In this document: piece by piece, positions 37,397 through 38,815 of the stretch
Layout of the letters: each line of letters opens with the position of its first letter
How positions within the stretch are numbered: the first letter of the stretch is position 1
Virus record (IMG/VR): IMGVR_UViG_3300037047_000294
Span: 1 to 38,815 of that record
Reading direction: 5' to 3' (one strand)
Length of the DNA stretch: 38,815 bases
DNA from: a virus
Lineage: Duplodnaviria > Caudoviricetes
The notes under the pieces: model-generated
Told to the model about the DNA's origin: nothing
Databases searched by the model: none
What the model saw: only the letters and a program-made list of their open reading frames with translations
Position numbers and translations under genes: made by a program

Positions 37397-38119
37397 ATGA
37401 ACAATATCAACCTATTTGAAACTCAATCGCTTAATATAGTTAAATCAGCGCATATCTTAACAAAAGATGACCTCAATACAATATACTCGTTGTCAAAAGA
37501 ATTATCAAATACATTCCAGACGGCGCAAGTATTCCGCACTCAAACAGAGGCAGAAATAAGCGTTCTCAATGATATAAAATTTCCGACACCCGACTCAAAA
37601 TATTGGCAGTCAATCAGAGAACAGAATGTCCACTTTGGCGAGCTGGTAAGGCTGTCATTTAATTATCGTCGTAACAATGTCGAGATAGCTAAACTCGAAG
37701 GCATAATCAAAAAAGCGCAGGGCTATGACAGAGATTTATTGCAAATCGATTTAGAGGAAAAGCTGTTCAACAGAATAGAGATGGAGCGCGTGGCTAAAGA
37801 GCGCATACGCGAAATCAAAATGTGGTCGGATATAATGGCGAAGCTGAAACCTGAAATGAAGTTCAGCCTTACCGATGTAAACGAGCACCAGCTTATATCA
37901 TACACGCAACGTTTTATATCGACAACACTCGCAACAGAGGCTTGCACCAATAAAGATTTAGACAGCTATCGTAATCTTATGGCGCAGTTTGATAAAGCGG
38001 TTAAGGTATGCCGCGAGCGTGGTGTCATGGATAAAGTCCTCATGCCTTATCTTGAAAGCGAACGCGCTAAAGAGATGTTCGGCGAGGAAATGATTGAATT
38101 AAAGTTGTTGGAAGCGTAA
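37397..38119 (+). CDS. coiled-coil hypothetical phage protein
   Basis: AGGAG SD; FRT.TE..SVLND..FPTPDSKYWQ..REQ motif. Confidence 0.8.
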   Translation: MNNINLFETQSLNIVKSAHILTKDDLNTIYSLSKELSNTFQTAQVFRTQTEAEISVLNDIKFPTPDSKYWQSIREQNVHFGELVRLSFNYRRNNVEIAKLEGIIKKAQGYDRDLLQIDLEEKLFNRIEMERVAKERIREIKMWSDIMAKLKPEMKFSLTDVNEHQLISYTQRFISTTLATEACTNKDLDSYRNLMAQFDKAVKVCRERGVMDKVLMPYLESERAKEMFGEEMIELKLLEA

Positions 38120-38363
38120 TAAAAAAAACAATTAATAAACAGATATAATAAAAATAAAGAGCTTTTAAATAGTTTTTAAGGGCTCTTTATTTTTATTATA
38201 ATATATGATATTATGGTTGTGAAATGATTCAATCATTTCTTTCAGAGGTTTAAGAAAAATTTCTAAACTAATGCAAGTTTTTTTAAAATCGTGTGACGGG
38301 TTATATTTATATTTATGTTTTTCTTGATTATATTGTTTCAAATTTATAGAAAAATGTAATTTA

Positions 38364-38503
38364 TGCGGGTGCCAAATAATTTTTTTCGGGGCCGCGTTCG
38401 AAAATCCCTCCGGGATTTTCGCCGCTTGCTCTCGCCGCCTCTCGCCCTCCGTGGCTCCGGCGGCTCCGGGACGCCCCTTCAAAAATTTTTGGCACCCACA
38501 ACA
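38364..38503. repeat. candidate prophage right end with inverted transposase-site-like repeats
   Basis: TGCGGGTGCCAAATAATTTTTTTCGGGG (38364-38391) versus the reverse complement of 38474-38500; terminal ACA. Confidence 0.6.
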
Positions 38504-38557
38504 CACCTTAATCAATATTAATCGTGACAAATCGTAATAATTATCGTAATAATTATC

Positions 38558-38586
38558 TTGAAAAATAAATCTATTTTCTGTATAAT
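38558..38586 (+). promoter_or_regulatory. sigma70 promoter of the downstream host gene
   Basis: TTGAAA-N17-TATAAT, preceded by ATCGTAATAATT x2. Confidence 0.75.
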
Positions 38587-38638
38587 GTAAACCTGAATTA
38601 ATTAATAAAGACGGATAGCATTATAACGAAGGACCAGT

Positions 38639-38815
38639 ATGAAGATTTCAGATAATAACATATCAATCTTCGGCTTTAGCAACGAAAAAGGCGGTGCGCA
38701 TACCTCCCGGACGATGATGCTGGACGAATTGCGGGCATTGTTATCTTATGTCGCTGCCCCCGAGGCTTCTAAACTGGACTATGTTAAAGCCATAGTGGAG
38801 GACAACTGCCTTGGA
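38639..38815 (+). CDS. 5' part of a BrxA-like gene (BREX locus lead gene), truncated by window
   Basis: AAGGA SD; FGF...GGAHTSRTMMLDELRALL...DY..AIVEDNCLG, recalled from BREX-locus first genes. Confidence 0.6.
   Translation, partial: MKISDNNISIFGFSNEKGGAHTSRTMMLDELRALLSYVAAPEASKLDYVKAIVEDNCLG

Larger units (their letters stand above)
1..38503 (+). mobile_element. Mu-like transposable prophage (left end outside window), siphovirus-type tail
   Basis: MuA/MuB pair, GemA-, Gam- and Mor-like genes, Mu gp27-gp32, gp36 and gp37-like morphogenesis genes; candidate terminus ...CACAACA at 38503. Confidence 0.95.

Noticed and set aside
313-37950. Many short opposite-strand or off-frame ORFs in the track
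   Set aside because: They lie inside well-supported genes and look like shadow ORFs
38165-38530. 121-aa minus-strand ORF
   Set aside because: Spans the predicted phage-host junction and end repeats; no recognisable protein features

Overview
The window holds almost all of a Mu-like transposable prophage. It starts at the transposase ATG, so the left end, repressor and ner are outside it. The probable right end is near 38503, followed by host DNA that begins a BREX-like gene. Gene order: early operon (A, B, gemA-like, gam-like, mor-like); a promoter/terminator-bounded moron cassette; an inverted packaging block (small and large terminase, portal, MuF, G); a divergent late control region; head genes; candidate lysis genes; a lambda-type non-contractile tail; and fibre-like accessory genes. 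The best candidate new system is a MuF protein with a C-terminal PBECR-like RNase domain and no evident immunity protein. Its stop codon abuts a convergently transcribed, roughly 105-nt cloverleaf/kissing-loop RNA with its own promoter, a possible RNA antitoxin. Other notable items are a tRNA-like element with a 12-nt anticodon loop, a tail-fibre paralogue with a Sec signal peptide, pilin-like small membrane proteins, and symmetric Mor/C-type activator sites. All family calls come from motif recognition by eye, not database searches.
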